64,000 nt of DNA, from the NCBI GenBank assembly GCA_964016885.1, contig OZ024742.1:183706001-183770000 (forward strand), read 5' to 3'. The notes under the pieces were generated by a model. That model made no database searches. It saw only the letters and a program-made list of their open reading frames with translations, and was not told where the DNA came from. Below, in pieces: positions 26,825 through 43,275 of this stretch (positions are counted from its first letter, which is position 1; every line of letters starts with the position of its first letter). A program made the position numbers and the translations under genes. Source of the DNA: Eledone cirrhosa (taxonomy: Eukaryota).

Positions 26825-27050
26825 GCGACAGACACGTGCACCATTGACGTAATTCTCAGGGGGATTCAGCGTGAAACTGTATGTGACAAAGTCGGTCTCT
26901 GCATTCCGGATACAATTCAATTTTACCAGCTGAGCGGAGGGGAGCAACGCAAAATAAAGTGTCTTGCAACAGGGGATACAACACGTTGCCGGGAACCGAA
27001 CTCACAACCCTCCGATCGTGAGACGAACAGCTTATCCACTAAGCCACGCG
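26825..27050 (-). mobile_element. tRNA-derived SINE family B
   Basis: Minus: GCGTGGCTTAGTGG (A box)...GAGTTCGGTTCCC (B box)...GCAAGACACTTTTATTTTGCGTTGCTCC. Homologs at 44013-44130, 50845-51030, 56500-56615, 57165-57350 and 35685-35815. Confidence 0.75.
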
Positions 27051-27119
27051 TAATCACACTATGCTACTACGCTGTTCTACGACTCACCACGATTAGTTTG
27101 AGACAAGCAGATTATTTTT

Positions 27120-27272
27120 TTGCTTTGACGCATAGAGTTACGGTCCTTGCCATACTGAGTTCAAATCCCGCCGAGGTTAACTTTGTTTTCACCCTTACGA
27201 GGTCGATAAAATAAAGTACCAGTAATGTACTGGGTTATTTCTGGCCTTGTGCCAATAATAGAAACAATTATT
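27120..27272 (+). mobile_element. SINE family A
   Basis: Core and tail. Confidence 0.85.
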
Positions 27273-27557
27273 TTTTTCACAGAGTAAAAGCTCATAAATA
27301 CTCATAACAGAAGCGCTCGCAGTATCATCCAGTTTATAACGACGCACACGCGTACACGTACGCATGTATGCATGAGTACATGTATACCCTCATATACATT
27401 TACATACCCCCCCCCCCCACATATACATATATATGCGTATACACATACACACACACAGACACCTATACACACAGTCATATACACATATATATATATATAC
27501 AAACACGTGTGTATGTATTATTTCAGTTACTAATACATACGTACATACATACATACA

Positions 27558-27592
<35 letters not shown>

Positions 27593-27598
27593 GCACAT

Positions 27599-27677
<79 letters not shown>

Positions 27678-27702
27678 CACACACAAACACATGTATGTCT
27701 AT

Positions 27703-27736
<34 letters not shown>

Positions 27737-28043
27737 GTACAAACACGTGTGTATGTATTAAAGTTAATAAATTGATCGTTTTTTTGTTTTTTTTCCAATT
27801 CCTTTTCAACCTTTTAACAACAATTAGATCGAATATTCATGATATTGATGATGTGAAATGTTTCTTTTCCGTGCAACACTAATTAGATATAAAAGCAATA
27901 TATCTATCATTTGTTGTAATTAACAAAACATAATTATTCCTTGACTACGTTCACGACTTTCATCCTCAACTAGCTAACCTTGTGGAAATTCGACGGTTTA
28001 TTAGAAACAACGACCAAGTATTAATGATCAGTGTGGCATTTTC

Positions 28044-28744
28044 AATGAAAATAATTGTTTCTACTATTGGCACAAGGCTAGCAAATACCCAGTGCATTAC
28101 TGGTACTTTATTTTATCGACCCCGTAAGGATCAAAGGCAAAGTTAACCTTGACGGGATTTGAACTCAGAACGTAATGGGACGTAACTATGCTAGAAAGCA
28201 TGGCGTCCGACCCTCTACCGATATTGCCAATTAATGTAAATAACTGTTTCTACTTTTGGCACAAGGCCAGCAATTGCCCAGTACATTACTGGTACTTTAT
28301 TTTATCGTCCCCGTAAGGATGAAAGGCAAAGTTAACCTCGGCTGGATTTGAATTCAGTCCGTAAAGGGACGTAACTATGCTGCAAAGCATGGCGTCCGAC
28401 CCGCTACCGATACTGCCAATCCACCGCCCATTAATGTAAATAATTGTTTCTACTTTAGGCACAAGGCCAGCAAATACCCAGTACATTACTGGTACTTTAT
28501 TTTATCGACCCCATAAGGATGAAAAGGCAAAGTTAAAATGTAAATAATTGTTTCTACTTTTGGCACAAGGCCAGCAATTACCCAATGTATTACTGGTACT
28601 TTATTTTATCGACCCCGTAAAGATGAAAGGCAAAGTCAACCTCGGCGGGATTTGAACTCAGATCGTAAAGGGACGTAACTATGCTGGAAAGCATGGCGTC
28701 CGACCCTCTACCGATACTGCCAATCCACCTAAAATGTAAATAAT
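28044..28744 (-). mobile_element. Tandem array of four family A SINEs
   Basis: Units at ~28052-28229, 28240-28428, 28441-28535 (truncated) and 28544-28729, each bounded by AATG(T/A)AAATAA. Confidence 0.9.
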
Positions 28745-28934
28745 GAAAGCCATAACAAGACGCCCGGCGCTAAGGGGCTTTTAGGGCTTAACGCCCCATT
28801 ACACCATAATAGTTTCTTCCAATATACTTTTTTTTATTTTCTACACTGATTTTCTATGGACTCTATGTTAATATGACCATGTTTTAATTTCTTTCTTAGT
28901 CTCATATTGGTAATAAAAAAGCGTCAGCTAAAAA

Positions 28935-29150
28935 TGATTTCTAGTATAGGCACAAGGCCAGTAATTTTGGAGAAGGCGGAAGTTAATTAAATCGACCCCA
29001 GTGCCTTACTGGTACTTTATTTTAGCGAACCCGTAAGGATGAAAGGCAAAGTTAACCTCGATAGGATCTGAACTCAGAACGTAAAGGGTCGTAACTATGC
29101 CACAAATCATGTTGTTCCACTCTCTACCGATACTGCCAATCCACCACTGC
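28935..29150 (-). mobile_element. SINE family A, long-tail variant
   Basis: Full-length reverse copy. Confidence 0.8.
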
Positions 29151-29282
29151 CCTAAGGTGACCTAATAATAATACATATATATATATGTATTAGTAGCGAG
29201 ATCTAGGCAAATTGATGTCTATTGAAACGAAAGTAAGAACCGAATAAATCTCTTTTACTGCATCTTTCTGTTCTTTTTAATT

Positions 29283-31975
<2,693 letters not shown>

Positions 31976-32390
31976 ATATTACTCATTTTCCTGTTCCAGC
32001 CATCCGGCTGAGGCCATGCTGGGGCATTATATATATATATATATATATACTTACCCACCCTAATCCCCAAACTGTAACGAAAGCTCTGCATAAGGAGTGT
32101 ATCATGTGCAAAATGCCTTATTTATATTTTAACATTCTAGCTTAAAGATATGAGCTTTAGATTAACGAAAAGAAATGGCAGGATTCACCTTGGTGTAGGG
32201 GAGCACGGACTTGCAGCATACGGCAATGGCTTGGTTCAATTGTCGCAAGGGATTCTATTCACTTTTCCCGTCTCAAGGAGATCTATCCCGGATTTTATTC
32301 AACTATATTATAGTTAATATGCGTTGGAGTACAGTTTGCGCAAACCAAAAGTTTCTTTTACACATGTTATATATATTCACATTATTTATG

Positions 32391-32467
<77 letters not shown>

Positions 32468-32636
32468 GATAGATATATTTATATCATAAATTTGAATGTA
32501 TATAGATATAGATATTTGAATATATATAAAAATTTTATATATATATATATAAAATTTATATATAGATTCAAATATCTATATCTATATACATTCAAATATA
32601 TCTATATATCTATATTCAAATATATATATATATATC

Positions 32637-32781
<145 letters not shown>

Positions 32782-33252
32782 AATATATATATTCACATAT
32801 ATATATATATATACATGTGAATATATATATATATATATATGCATATATACGTTCACACACGCGCATGTGCACACACATCGGATGAAAATATAAAAATCCA
32901 TTGAAAATGAAGACGAAGAGATGAATTGGACTTAACTACGTTGGGGGAAACATGATTGTAAAATAAGTAAATATAGGAAATAAATGAAAGAAAATGCAAC
33001 ATAAATATAAATTATCTGCTGTGAAATATGTTATAAAAATATATATACATGAAGTTAAATGTAACTATAACTCTCATAGATAGAAAAAAATAAGAAATTG
33101 ATTAGTAAAATGATTACTAGATATATTATTCTATGCTGTTTGTGAAGTTGTAATACTAGTAGAACTGCCTGTATATATTAGGTGTGCATGTATGGACCCA
33201 TTACTCTTGATGATGGAGTCGTATGGGAGCCGTGCATACGGCGTATCATGGC

Positions 33253-33582
33253 CTGTGAATAAATTGGCTTGCTAACTGATGAGTCGCAGGTCAATATTCA
33301 GCGGGGTGTTCGCTAATTACAGTGACTCAACGGGTAGCACCGTTGGATCTATAAAAATCTGCACATAACCTATCATTGTGCTGTGATGAGGAGAATAAAG
33401 ATCGCCATCAATCAATCAGTAGGTTAGCTGTGAATAAATTGGCTTGATAGCTGATAATGAAATACAGGTGAACAGCGGCATATTCATCAGATTACAGGGA
33501 CTCAACAGGTAGCACCGTTAAATCTATAAAATGCTGCACATACTCTGTCATTTTGCTGTGACGAAGTGAATAAAGATCGCCT
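33253..33582. repeat. Diverged tandem duplication, ~176-bp period (LTR-like content)
   Basis: CTGTGAATAAATTGGCTTG...GACTCAAC.GGTAGCACCGTT..ATCTATAAAA...GAATAAAGATCGCC at 33253 and 33429. Confidence 0.8.
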
Positions 33583-33979
33583 TCAAATGAAGCCTGCTTT
33601 ATTCTATGGTTTACCTAGATGCAGGTCTCACTCTTTCTAGTTGTCACGTCTTGGATGTTGCGCTAGGTGAAAGGTCTGAGGACTGTGTAAGTTTTGGGAT
33701 CTTGGGTTTGCTTACGACTACTTGATCAGCTAAAGTGAGAGTAGCAAAGGCATGGTGTTTGAGAAGGAAAACCCTGTGACGATGGATGAATGGTAAAAGT
33801 GGCAGGTTTGAGAAACTGGAAGTTGCTCGCTGGAAATTTGTACACTGGTGATATGATTGTGATGGTAATGGATGTGCCAGATAACGACAGCCGCCCAAGG
33901 AAGATTCTAATCAATTGCCCTATTTAGAGATTACGATGATTCTCAATCGAAGGATGCCTTGATAAAAGTGGGAATAAAA

Positions 33980-34118
33980 CCCGCCCACTTACATTAAATT
34001 AGCTGGGATACCACACCCACCTATATTAAATCAACTGGGATACCACGCCCATCCATGTTGAAATTTGTTGGGATATCACGCCTACCCATATTAAATAAAC
34101 TGGGATACCACGCCCAGT
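33980..34118. repeat. ~32-bp minisatellite, ~4 copies (CACGCCCACCCATATTAAATCAACTGGGATAC-like)
   Basis: TGGGATA(C/T)CAC recurs four times. Confidence 0.8.
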
Positions 34119-34690
34119 AGATTCTCCCTTTGTGTGAACAAAAACGAAAAAAAAAAATCACGCCAGAACTATGTCAATTAGGACCATATCTAGAAGTGCT
34201 AAATGAAGGACCGTGATTATCGATAAAGAACTGATATCTTATGGTGTCGATATGGTTAGGAAAAGAACATGCTGTGTAAAGTGAAGCTAGTATTAGTCTA
34301 ACAATGGCGAACACTCTCACCAGCAAACTGGTGTCGTTTTCTATCTTGTATCCGATAAATTAATAACGGAAGACTAGTCTTAGATGGCAATTGAAATATA
34401 ACTTCTTTATGTATCGATGCCGCTACGATGATAAACGAGCAAATCTGGAAGGAGGAATTGCACTTGGGCATTAAAATCATCCAATTCTAAAAATATACTG
34501 TTAACGCCAAAAATAAAGCAACAAAAATAACAAACAAACACAAATCCGTAGGTTACAGAATATGACAAAAATATAAATACAATTAACGGTATTTTTCATT
34601 CTCAGTTTGAAAAATGACTTTACTCGAAACATTAACAATCTAAGTAACTTCTGTAATATTCCCAGCTTATAAATATATATATATATATAC

Positions 34691-34733
<43 letters not shown>

Positions 34734-34931
34734 TATACATACATACATATATATATATACATACATATGTACATTTGTGAGTGTATATACATACATATAC
34801 ACACACCTAACTATATTTCCTTATATTTTTTAATATATTTTATATGTCTATTGCATTACTTTTATTTATATATATATTTTTTTTTTTGCATTTCTTGAGG
34901 AGACTTTCCAAATATTTCACTATGTTTTATA

Positions 34932-35007
34932 TTGCCTCGTCCGACGAACGAATGAGGACGTTTCTTTCGTATTCGTCTTATTCGGGAAACCTCTGGTAAT
35001 GAGGTAA
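34932..35007 (+). ncRNA. Type I hammerhead-like motif with CCGACGA core (U4C)
   Basis: UUGCCUCGU-CCGACGA-long stem II-GAAACC-UCU-GGUA-AUGAGGUAA. Stem I is 9 bp including GU pairs; the first stem II pair is mismatched. Confidence 0.65.
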
Positions 35008-35048
35008 TTATATTGTATTGTTTATTATACATTATATATATATATATA

Positions 35049-35326
35049 TTGCAAGGTTTTTTATATGAAATCGTGTGCTGAAACAAATAATGATATCATT
35101 GATGATGTCACAGGTGTGTAACGAATGATCTCTTTGAGAAACTATATTTATATCGATATTTCTAAATGTTGGTCAATCAATGATAAACATTGATTGCCAG
35201 CTGAATTAATTATACGAATATAAAATATACTGAAGCGAAAACCAACCCAAACCAAACTGTGAGTGTGTTTTATTATATATTTCTGGCAATATTATAACAA
35301 CATGACCCTCCCCAAATATAACAATA
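35049..35326. mobile_element. Internally rearranged member of the 49015-49964 family
   Basis: Starts GCAAGGTTTTTTATATGAAATCGTGTG.TGAAACAAAT and ends GCGAAAACCAAC...GACCCTCCCCAAATATAACAATA, matching both ends of the 49-kb element. Confidence 0.7.
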
Positions 35327-35349
35327 TATATATATATAACTCCTATAGC

Positions 35350-35528
35350 TCCCAGTACGCATTGTAAAGTGGTTGGCGTTAGAAAGGGCATGCAACCGTA
35401 GATAATCAAGCCCACAAAACAGAACGTATGAGGAAGACTTGATCTCCTGACCTGTCTAGCCTCATAATGTGACAACCCATCTAATCCATGGAAGCTTGGA
35501 AAATAGACGTTAAACGGTGATGATGATA
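35350..35528 (+). mobile_element. SINE 3' portion with (GAT)n tail; reverse homolog at ~43533-43725
   Basis: GGTTGGCGTTAGAAAGGGCAT...GGAAAATAGACGTTAAACGGTGATGATGAT. Confidence 0.6.
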
Positions 35529-35956
35529 TACATATATCAAGAATTGCTTTCCAAGCTGAATCTAAAAAGTACTACAGAATATTAGTTTGCTTGTTAAATA
35601 CAATGCTAGACTAGGAATGCATTTTCATATTTCACTTGCACCGTTCATGAAATGAACGAAAATTTCTAAGAGTTGTTGAGTCGTTTGAATTTCCCTGATA
35701 ATTACGTTAAGAGTGTTCGTGTCTGTGGAATAGTCAGCCATTTACTCGTTAATTTCACGAGTAGAGCTTTTCGAACTTATGATCGCGAGTCCAACACCTT
35801 AACCATTGAGTCACCTGTCTTCATGATGTTAATGTCGATGATGAGGATGTATGTATGTAAGTATGAAGGCACATTTCAAAGACATTCAATCACAGAAATA
35901 TTTTGACAATATTAGTTTGGGGTGGGGGGTATATCCAGTGTCTGCGAATGCAACCG

Positions 35957-36007
35957 AAGAAGGAGGAGGAGGAGGAGGAGGAGGAGAAGAAGAAAAAGAA
36001 GAAGAAG

Positions 36008-36036
<29 letters not shown>
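35957..36036. repeat. (GGA)n-(GAA)n microsatellite
   Basis: Direct reading. Confidence 0.9.
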
Positions 36037-36039
<3 letters not shown>

Positions 36040-37314
36040 TGTTAATGCTGAATAAATGTTATCTGTTTCATCAGTGAATTAATTCAATACGTCAAAGATC
36101 AAACCTACCACTGACACTCTTCTGTTTACAGAAATCAAAGAAATACTACCATGAGACGCTCTAATAAAAGAGGATTGTATTTTGATTAATACGATATTGC
36201 TTAAGTCTTTTCATTATTTCTTTTTTATTTTCCCTTCTATTTTTTGAGAAATGGCATTTAAATTGAAATAATATTTGTACGAAAAAATTTAATCGATTAA
36301 TTTACATTTAAACAATAATAAGAACGAAGCCATGTAGTTTAAGCATTTGATTAAGATCATAATTAATTTACATTTCTATAATGATATTTTCTGATGATAA
36401 ATTGCTATGAACTTCATTAAAGCAATATTATTATGGTAATATTTTTCTTGCGATAAAATGGTGAATCTGAATGCAATACGCCATAAAACTAAAACAAAAC
36501 CACAACAAAAAACTATTAAGAACCATAGAAGATTTTCCTGGTGAGTCAAATACAAGCCTGAATTTGATTCCTTAATGAAGCTAATTCACTGAGAAAGGCA
36601 TTAGCTTTCCAAATTTTAATTTTCCTTCCTTAAATATCTGAAGCTTCAAGACATCACTAGCTGCTATTTGTTAAAGTATTTAGAACAGGGGATATGAATG
36701 CAGATGAACTGCAATCCGTATAATTGTTAGTTCATGTTTCATGGTTTAAATTCTGTCGTAGTCGAATTTTCTTTTCAACAATCTGATGTCGATAAATTAA
36801 TTAAATTTCTAGGTTGAGTTAATCGATTGTATTTGATGCGAAATCAAACTTAACAGACACAATAAAAGGTATTTTAAATGTATGCATGTCTGTGCGCTTA
36901 ACTCCCGACGGAGTCTTAGGGGCGCCGTTCTTACATTTAAACCTGGCGAGGGGCCATCACTCTCAAATCTGAAGACAATCAATGTCTTTAAGAGAAAGAG
37001 AGAGAGAGCGAGAATGAGAAAGAAAGAAAGTGAAACAGATATATAAAGGAAGAATTGATCCTTGTATTAGATTGGTAATATATTTATCAATCAGAGCACA
37101 AAAGCTGCAATGAATAGTGTAACGCATTATATCCGAAGTCCCAATGATTGAACATTTGTTGCCTGTATTCTAAAAAAAAATTTAAATTAAGGAACTATAA
37201 CACATGTGTACATTATCAGCAGAAATGTAAAATATAGAATCCTGAGCATCATCAAGAAGACCAAAATTTATGATATTAACACTTATTTTCGTATCATCCA
37301 AAACAACTTCTTTG

Positions 37315-37780
37315 ATCCCCTAGCGCCGGCATTAGGTGAAAAACTGCGTTTTTTCAGCTTTTTAGGGGTTTTTTGAGGCGTTACGTCAGACTGATTTCCT
37401 TGAAATTGTAACTATGTATTAGTCAGTCTCTTCTTCATACTGTGAGCAAAGAAAATCCAATTTTTTATGGCCTAGGGCCCGCATTAGGTGAACAACTTCA
37501 TTTTTTCCGCTTTTTAGGGCGTTAAGTCTAGCCGATTTTCCCAAAATTTCAAGGCATATTATGCACATAAAAAAATTCATTTTCTTGATCGCCTAGGGCT
37601 CGCATTAGGTGAAAACCTGCATTTTTCCTGCTTCATCGAGGAAAATCTTAAAGATTATCCAGCTATCAGAGTATTCGGTTTATTTTCTTTACATATTGTC
37701 CAGCCATGGAGTTTTTCCACGATTAGGTCTGTTGGCGGCCCGCCTTCCAAAATACCTTCCAACGCCGGGTACCACTGCTT
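37315..37780 (+). mobile_element. Element with three internal GCATTAGGTGAA repeats and a degenerate Helitron-like 3' end
   Basis: Repeats at ~37329, 37481 and 37602. Ends CAACGCCGGGTACCACTGCTTA, like the terminus at 38771-38792. Confidence 0.45.
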
Positions 37781-37795
37781 ATATATATATATATA

Positions 37796-38116
37796 TCATA
37801 TATCATTATCTATAAAAGGCAGATTTTTGTGTCTGTATGTATGTTTCAATTTTATACATTTGCACAATTTCAAACCGATTCGACTGAATGTCTGTAAGAA
37901 TGTTGTAAATGGTCTAACTTAGGTCAACGACTATTTATTTATTTCAAACTCACCCACAATTACGGAAATAATCGATAAAACTAAATACATGACGCTTTAC
38001 CCCTCTAATAGAATCTGCTTACCTCTCTCTACTCCCCTTAAAATTCGATAAAACTACATACATGCTGCAACTTTCTCTTATATACGCTTAAACTTACAAA
38101 CTTCCTTTAGGAACGC

Positions 38117-38203
<87 letters not shown>

Positions 38204-38791
38204 TTTGTTTTTGAGTGTGGAACGGTCAAACATTTATTTACTTCAATGACAACAAAGATTATTACATTTCATACGAAACAACAATTATTCAAAAGCAACA
38301 TATTAATTTATTCAACAACAAAAAAACACCGATAAATCTTTTTTAAAACATCTCTCAACGAACGTGGAAGAGAGAAGTATCAATTTATTTACTATACACA
38401 ATAATATACTCTATGGGTTCACTAAACCTGCTAGAAACAGCAGCTAACTCTCCCCATATCTCACCCCTCCCTACTGTTTTAAATTTAGAAAACACACATT
38501 AGACAACCATGCAGAACAACTCCATCGCAGCTCTGTTGTTCGGCTGGCATCGTCTACGCGCGTGTTGCGCAAGTACTGTGAAACAATAAATTTCAACTCT
38601 TCTTTGCACAGAGATAATATCCATAGGCGAAACTACAATTGTAACTGCTGGCGAAGCTCCTGCTTCGGCAGTCCAGGTCTGCAATTCATTCACCCAGTGC
38701 CTGGCAGACAAAAAAGTGGTGCCATAAAATGGGTGGTGCAACCTAACTTTGGTAACTTACTGACTCCGAGCAACGCCGGGCTTTAATGCTA

Positions 38792-38792
<1 letters not shown>
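37796..38792 (+). mobile_element. Non-autonomous Helitron-like element
   Basis: 5' A|TC...TATCTATAAAAG start. 3' GC hairpin CCGAGCAACGCCGG followed by CTAG|T. No TIR or TSD; internal (GA)n. Confidence 0.6.
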
Positions 38793-38822
<30 letters not shown>

Positions 38823-38827
<5 letters not shown>

Positions 38828-38911
38828 TGTTCGCCTTTTATGCGAAGATGCGTTCCTGGACGCGGCGCGTAAAGCAAATTCACATGCTTCAAGTTCGCGT
38901 AAAAAGGGAAC

Positions 38912-38917
<6 letters not shown>
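38823..38917. mobile_element. Small Tc1/mariner-pogo-type MITE in (TA)n
   Basis: Imperfect TIR TGTTCGCCTTTTATGCGAA / TTCGCGTAAAAAGGGAACA with TA flanks. Confidence 0.6.
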
Positions 38918-38947
<30 letters not shown>

Positions 38948-40105
38948 GAATGGTTTATTATATATGTATAATGTAAGGCTGAAGGCACCACAATTATACA
39001 TTAGTTTGATACAATATATCATTTTTGCTCTATTTAGAACTTATACATATACTCTGAAGATAAATCAGTCTAACCTGTGTGAGTGAATGCTTGTGTAAAG
39101 ACCCTCTTATTCTAGTATTACAGAATTATTCTTGATCTACGATTATTAGCAACATTATTCGCCGCCTTTTCTTAACGGTTTTCTAGCGCAAATTAATCTT
39201 AAGCCATACAATGATTAGTATATTTGATACTCCAGCTCTTTATTGACACGTTCATAAATGAAAAGTTTTTCAGATCACAACATTGAAATATGATGATGTA
39301 TTAAGAATCTTCTCCATCAAAGAGGATATTTTAGTTAACAGTTATCATACGTCGTCAGTGTCTATTCATTCATTGTAGGGACGTATGCTTTTACTTGATA
39401 TCTTCACTTCTATTTATGAATAAATAATTATCCTTTATCTACTCAACGTACCATGTAATTGATTGGAATAGGGTTTTCGAAATTATTTTGAATGAAGGAG
39501 AGAAAGAATTAGTTAAAGGTCCCTTTCATACCATTGTCGAAGAGTTATAAACATTGGAGAAGTAAAATACAATAAACCTCAGTCAAGGTTGTTACAGATA
39601 AGCCGTGGAAGTAGCAACGTATCAACCATCTTTTAACACACGTACGCAAATTGCTTTGTCCTTTGTTTGAGTTATACATACATATATACAAATATACATA
39701 CATATACACACACATACATATAGATACACACATACATGCATACACAAATATACATATATACACACACATACATATACATACACACATGCATGCATACATA
39801 CATACTACATACATATATACATAAATACATACATAGATGCATATACACATACACAAATACACACATACATATATACACGCATACATATACATACATATAT
39901 ACACACATACATATACATACACACACACATACATATGTGTGTGTGTGTGTGTGCGTGTGTGTGTGTTTTATACACATACATTCAATTTTCTATTTTTATA
40001 AGCAATTCATCTTTAATACCATTATACCAAGTTATATCAACGAAATGTATGGTATATACTTAATACTAATATATATTATATATAACAACTCGGTTGTAAG
40101 CTATA

Positions 40106-40240
40106 TAATTGTTTCTACTTTTGGCACAAGGCCAGCAATTACCCAGTGCATTACTGATACTTTATTTTATCGACCCCGTAAGGATGAAAGGCTAAGTTAA
40201 CCTCAGCGGGATTCGAACTCAGAATGGCAAGGACCGTAAT
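40106..40240 (-). mobile_element. SINE family A, truncated
   Basis: Tail, core and B box in reverse. Confidence 0.85.
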
Positions 40241-40573
40241 TCTAATACTTAATTATATGTATTTTTAATGTGATATATGAGCAGAACATTTGATTGTCTT
40301 CGACCTATTTAACAAATACGATGGCTGTAGCATTGGTTTTGAGCAACCAAATTCGAACTGTCTTATCAACGATATACATACTTTCCAGCAAAGTTTCTCC
40401 CAGCTTTCGTTTTTTTTTCCTACATTTTCATTTTCTCCTTCTCTCTTCCAGCTAATGAAGGGCATATCCCAAAACGGTATGGAGTAATTTTTTTTTTCTT
40501 TTGAGCATTAAACCACCAGCTTCTAATTTGACCATGTACTGTCTTGTTTTCGTTTATGTTTTCTGTCTCTTTG

Positions 40574-40607
<34 letters not shown>

Positions 40608-40609
<2 letters not shown>

Positions 40610-40697
40610 CAGCGAGAAGCGAAAACCAACCAAACAGTGAGTGTGCTCTGTTATTAATTCTGGCAATATTACGCAAATATGACCCTCCCCAAGTATA
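40608..40697 (+). mobile_element. Terminal fragment of the 49-kb family, TA-flanked
   Basis: GCGAAAACCAACCAAACAGTGAGTGTG...GACCCTCCCCAAGTATA, near-identical to 49881-49959. Confidence 0.8.
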
Positions 40698-40720
40698 AAA
40701 ATATATATATATATATATAA

Positions 40721-41187
<467 letters not shown>

Positions 41188-41827
41188 GAAACTCTAGTGT
41201 AACAAGACTCTAATTCGGTATTTAGTACTCTTTTCTCCCAGCCGTCAACAACATACGGATATATATATATATATATATGAAAGAATATTTTACTATGTAA
41301 GTGTATGTATGCATGTTGTAGCAAACGGTTACACGGTAACAGTAACGAATCAACCCCAAAACATTGTCACGTCCTTTCATTCACTCATTCTGCCATTTTG
41401 CAGTGCAAAGCATAAGGTTGATGTTGTCTCGTGATCATAGTGGTCAAAAATCGCAAATGTGTTACCCTGATAGCCTGGGAGATACGCTGAAAGAGGCATG
41501 GCAAATTTATCATCAGTTTTTGTCACATGTTCTTACGTCGTACATTACATATCAGATATAATTGATAATTCTAGAGTAAATTCATTCAGGAAATTAAAAT
41601 ATTCATTTTACAAAATCTCATCTCAAGAACTATGGATATTACAAATATTTCTAATTATAATTACATATCGATTGCTCTCCTTAGGCAGTTTATCCATTTC
41701 TCTAGCTTTAGTCATAGTTTAGAAAACAGATATGGTTTGATAAAATCATTTCATGATTACACCACCACCACCGCCACCGCCATCGCCGCCACCACCACCG
41801 CCATCGCCGCCGCCACCACCACCCAAT

Positions 41828-41932
41828 GATTTCTACTATAGGCTCAAAGCCAGCAATTTGGGGGGACGGGAAAGTCGATTTAATCGACCCCAGTGAGGTA
41901 TTGGTACTTTATTTTATCGACCTCGTAAGGAT
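41828..41932 (-). mobile_element. SINE family A long-tail 3' fragment
   Basis: GTCGATTTAATCGAC palindrome and core. Confidence 0.75.
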
Positions 41933-41944
41933 ATAATAATCTGA

Positions 41945-42800
41945 ACATGGAACAAGCTAAATCCGGAATCAACACCAGAATGCTGCGCAGCTAACTAAGA
42001 TTGTGATGATTAAAGCAAATACACTTTGAACAGAGGAACTAAATCATGAAAGGAAGGCAAAACCAATATATGGTAGATTCCCAAAGTGCTTTCAGATAAT
42101 GGTATTGGTCATATTGGCTCACTAGCCTGGCTCAGACGTGCTAGTCTGAAAGCTGAGACTGGGGAACTCTTAGTAGCTGCAGAAGCCCAATCTCTAAACA
42201 TTCGGGCGTATAGACACAGAATAATGAAAACCGGAACTAGCCTCTATGCACAATATATAACAAATACGAAGAAATGATAGATCATGTTATCTCCGTGTGT
42301 CCAGAGCTGGAAAAGAAAAAAACTGATTGTATAGAAAGACAAGCCCCACAACCCCCACAACAAATCATGGAATATCCATTCTGTGTGATATGCTTGAGAT
42401 AATCGACAGAGAAATCTCTGCCAACATGACAGAGAGATATCATAAAAAACAAAACAGATAGGACATGTAGCCTGATAGATATTGCTGTACCAGATGACAA
42501 GAATACATCTGTAAAAACAATGGAAAAACTTGTACAATGACCTAGAAATAGAAATCAACCACATATGGACGATGACCACAAACATTATCTTCGCGGTAAT
42601 ATGAGCCCTAGGCTTAATACCCATATCATTAGACCTGCACCTTGGCGTCCTTCCCTGCAAGATCATCAATTATGAGTTACAGGCTATTAGGAACAGCATA
42701 CATTCTCAGACGAACTCCCTCTCTCTCTACAATGAAAACTTCTATTCTCCTAGGTTCCAGGCCAGAACCCGGGAACAGAGAAATAGAACAGAACCAACCG
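41945..42800 (+). pseudogene. R4/Dong-type (RLE) non-LTR retrotransposon 3' fossil
   Basis: Broken peptides SLAWLRRASLKAETGELLVAAEAQSL, EEMIDHVISVCPEL, CSLIDIAVPDD, NDLEIEINHIW and ALGLIP, which fit the CCHC plus restriction-like endonuclease region. Confidence 0.75.
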
Positions 42801-42814
42801 AAATAACCCAATAA

Positions 42815-43275
42815 TGATAATAATGGTTTCTACGTTTGGCACAAGGCCAGCAATTACCCAGTGCATTACTGGTACTTTATTTTATCGACTCCGTAAGGGT
42901 GAAAGACAAAGTTAACCTCGGCGGGATTTGAACTCAGAATGGCAAGGGCCGTAACTCTATACGTCAAAGCATGGCGTCCGACCCTCTACCAATACTGCCA
43001 ATCCACCGCCCAATAATGGTTTCTGATTTAGGCACAAGGGTAGCAATTTTAGGGAAGGGGAAAGTTAACCTCGGCGAGATATGAACTCAGAATGTAAAGG
43101 GCCATAAAATCTATACTGAACAATATTATTATTAATGATGATAATGCTTCTGATTTTGGCACAAGGCCAACAATTTTGGGAAGGGGAAAGGTCGATTAAA
43201 TCGACCCCAGTGAGTGACTGGTACTTTATTTTTATCGACTTTCAAAAGGATGAAAAATAAAATTTTCCTCGGTGG
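42815..43275 (-). mobile_element. Cluster of three family A SINE copies or fragments
   Basis: Full copy ~42822-43011, internally deleted copy ~43012-43110 and long-tail fragment ~43141-43275. Confidence 0.8.

Noticed and set aside
33276-33300. CTGATGAGTCGC as a hammerhead
   Set aside because: No GAAA partner, and it is not conserved in the duplicate unit.
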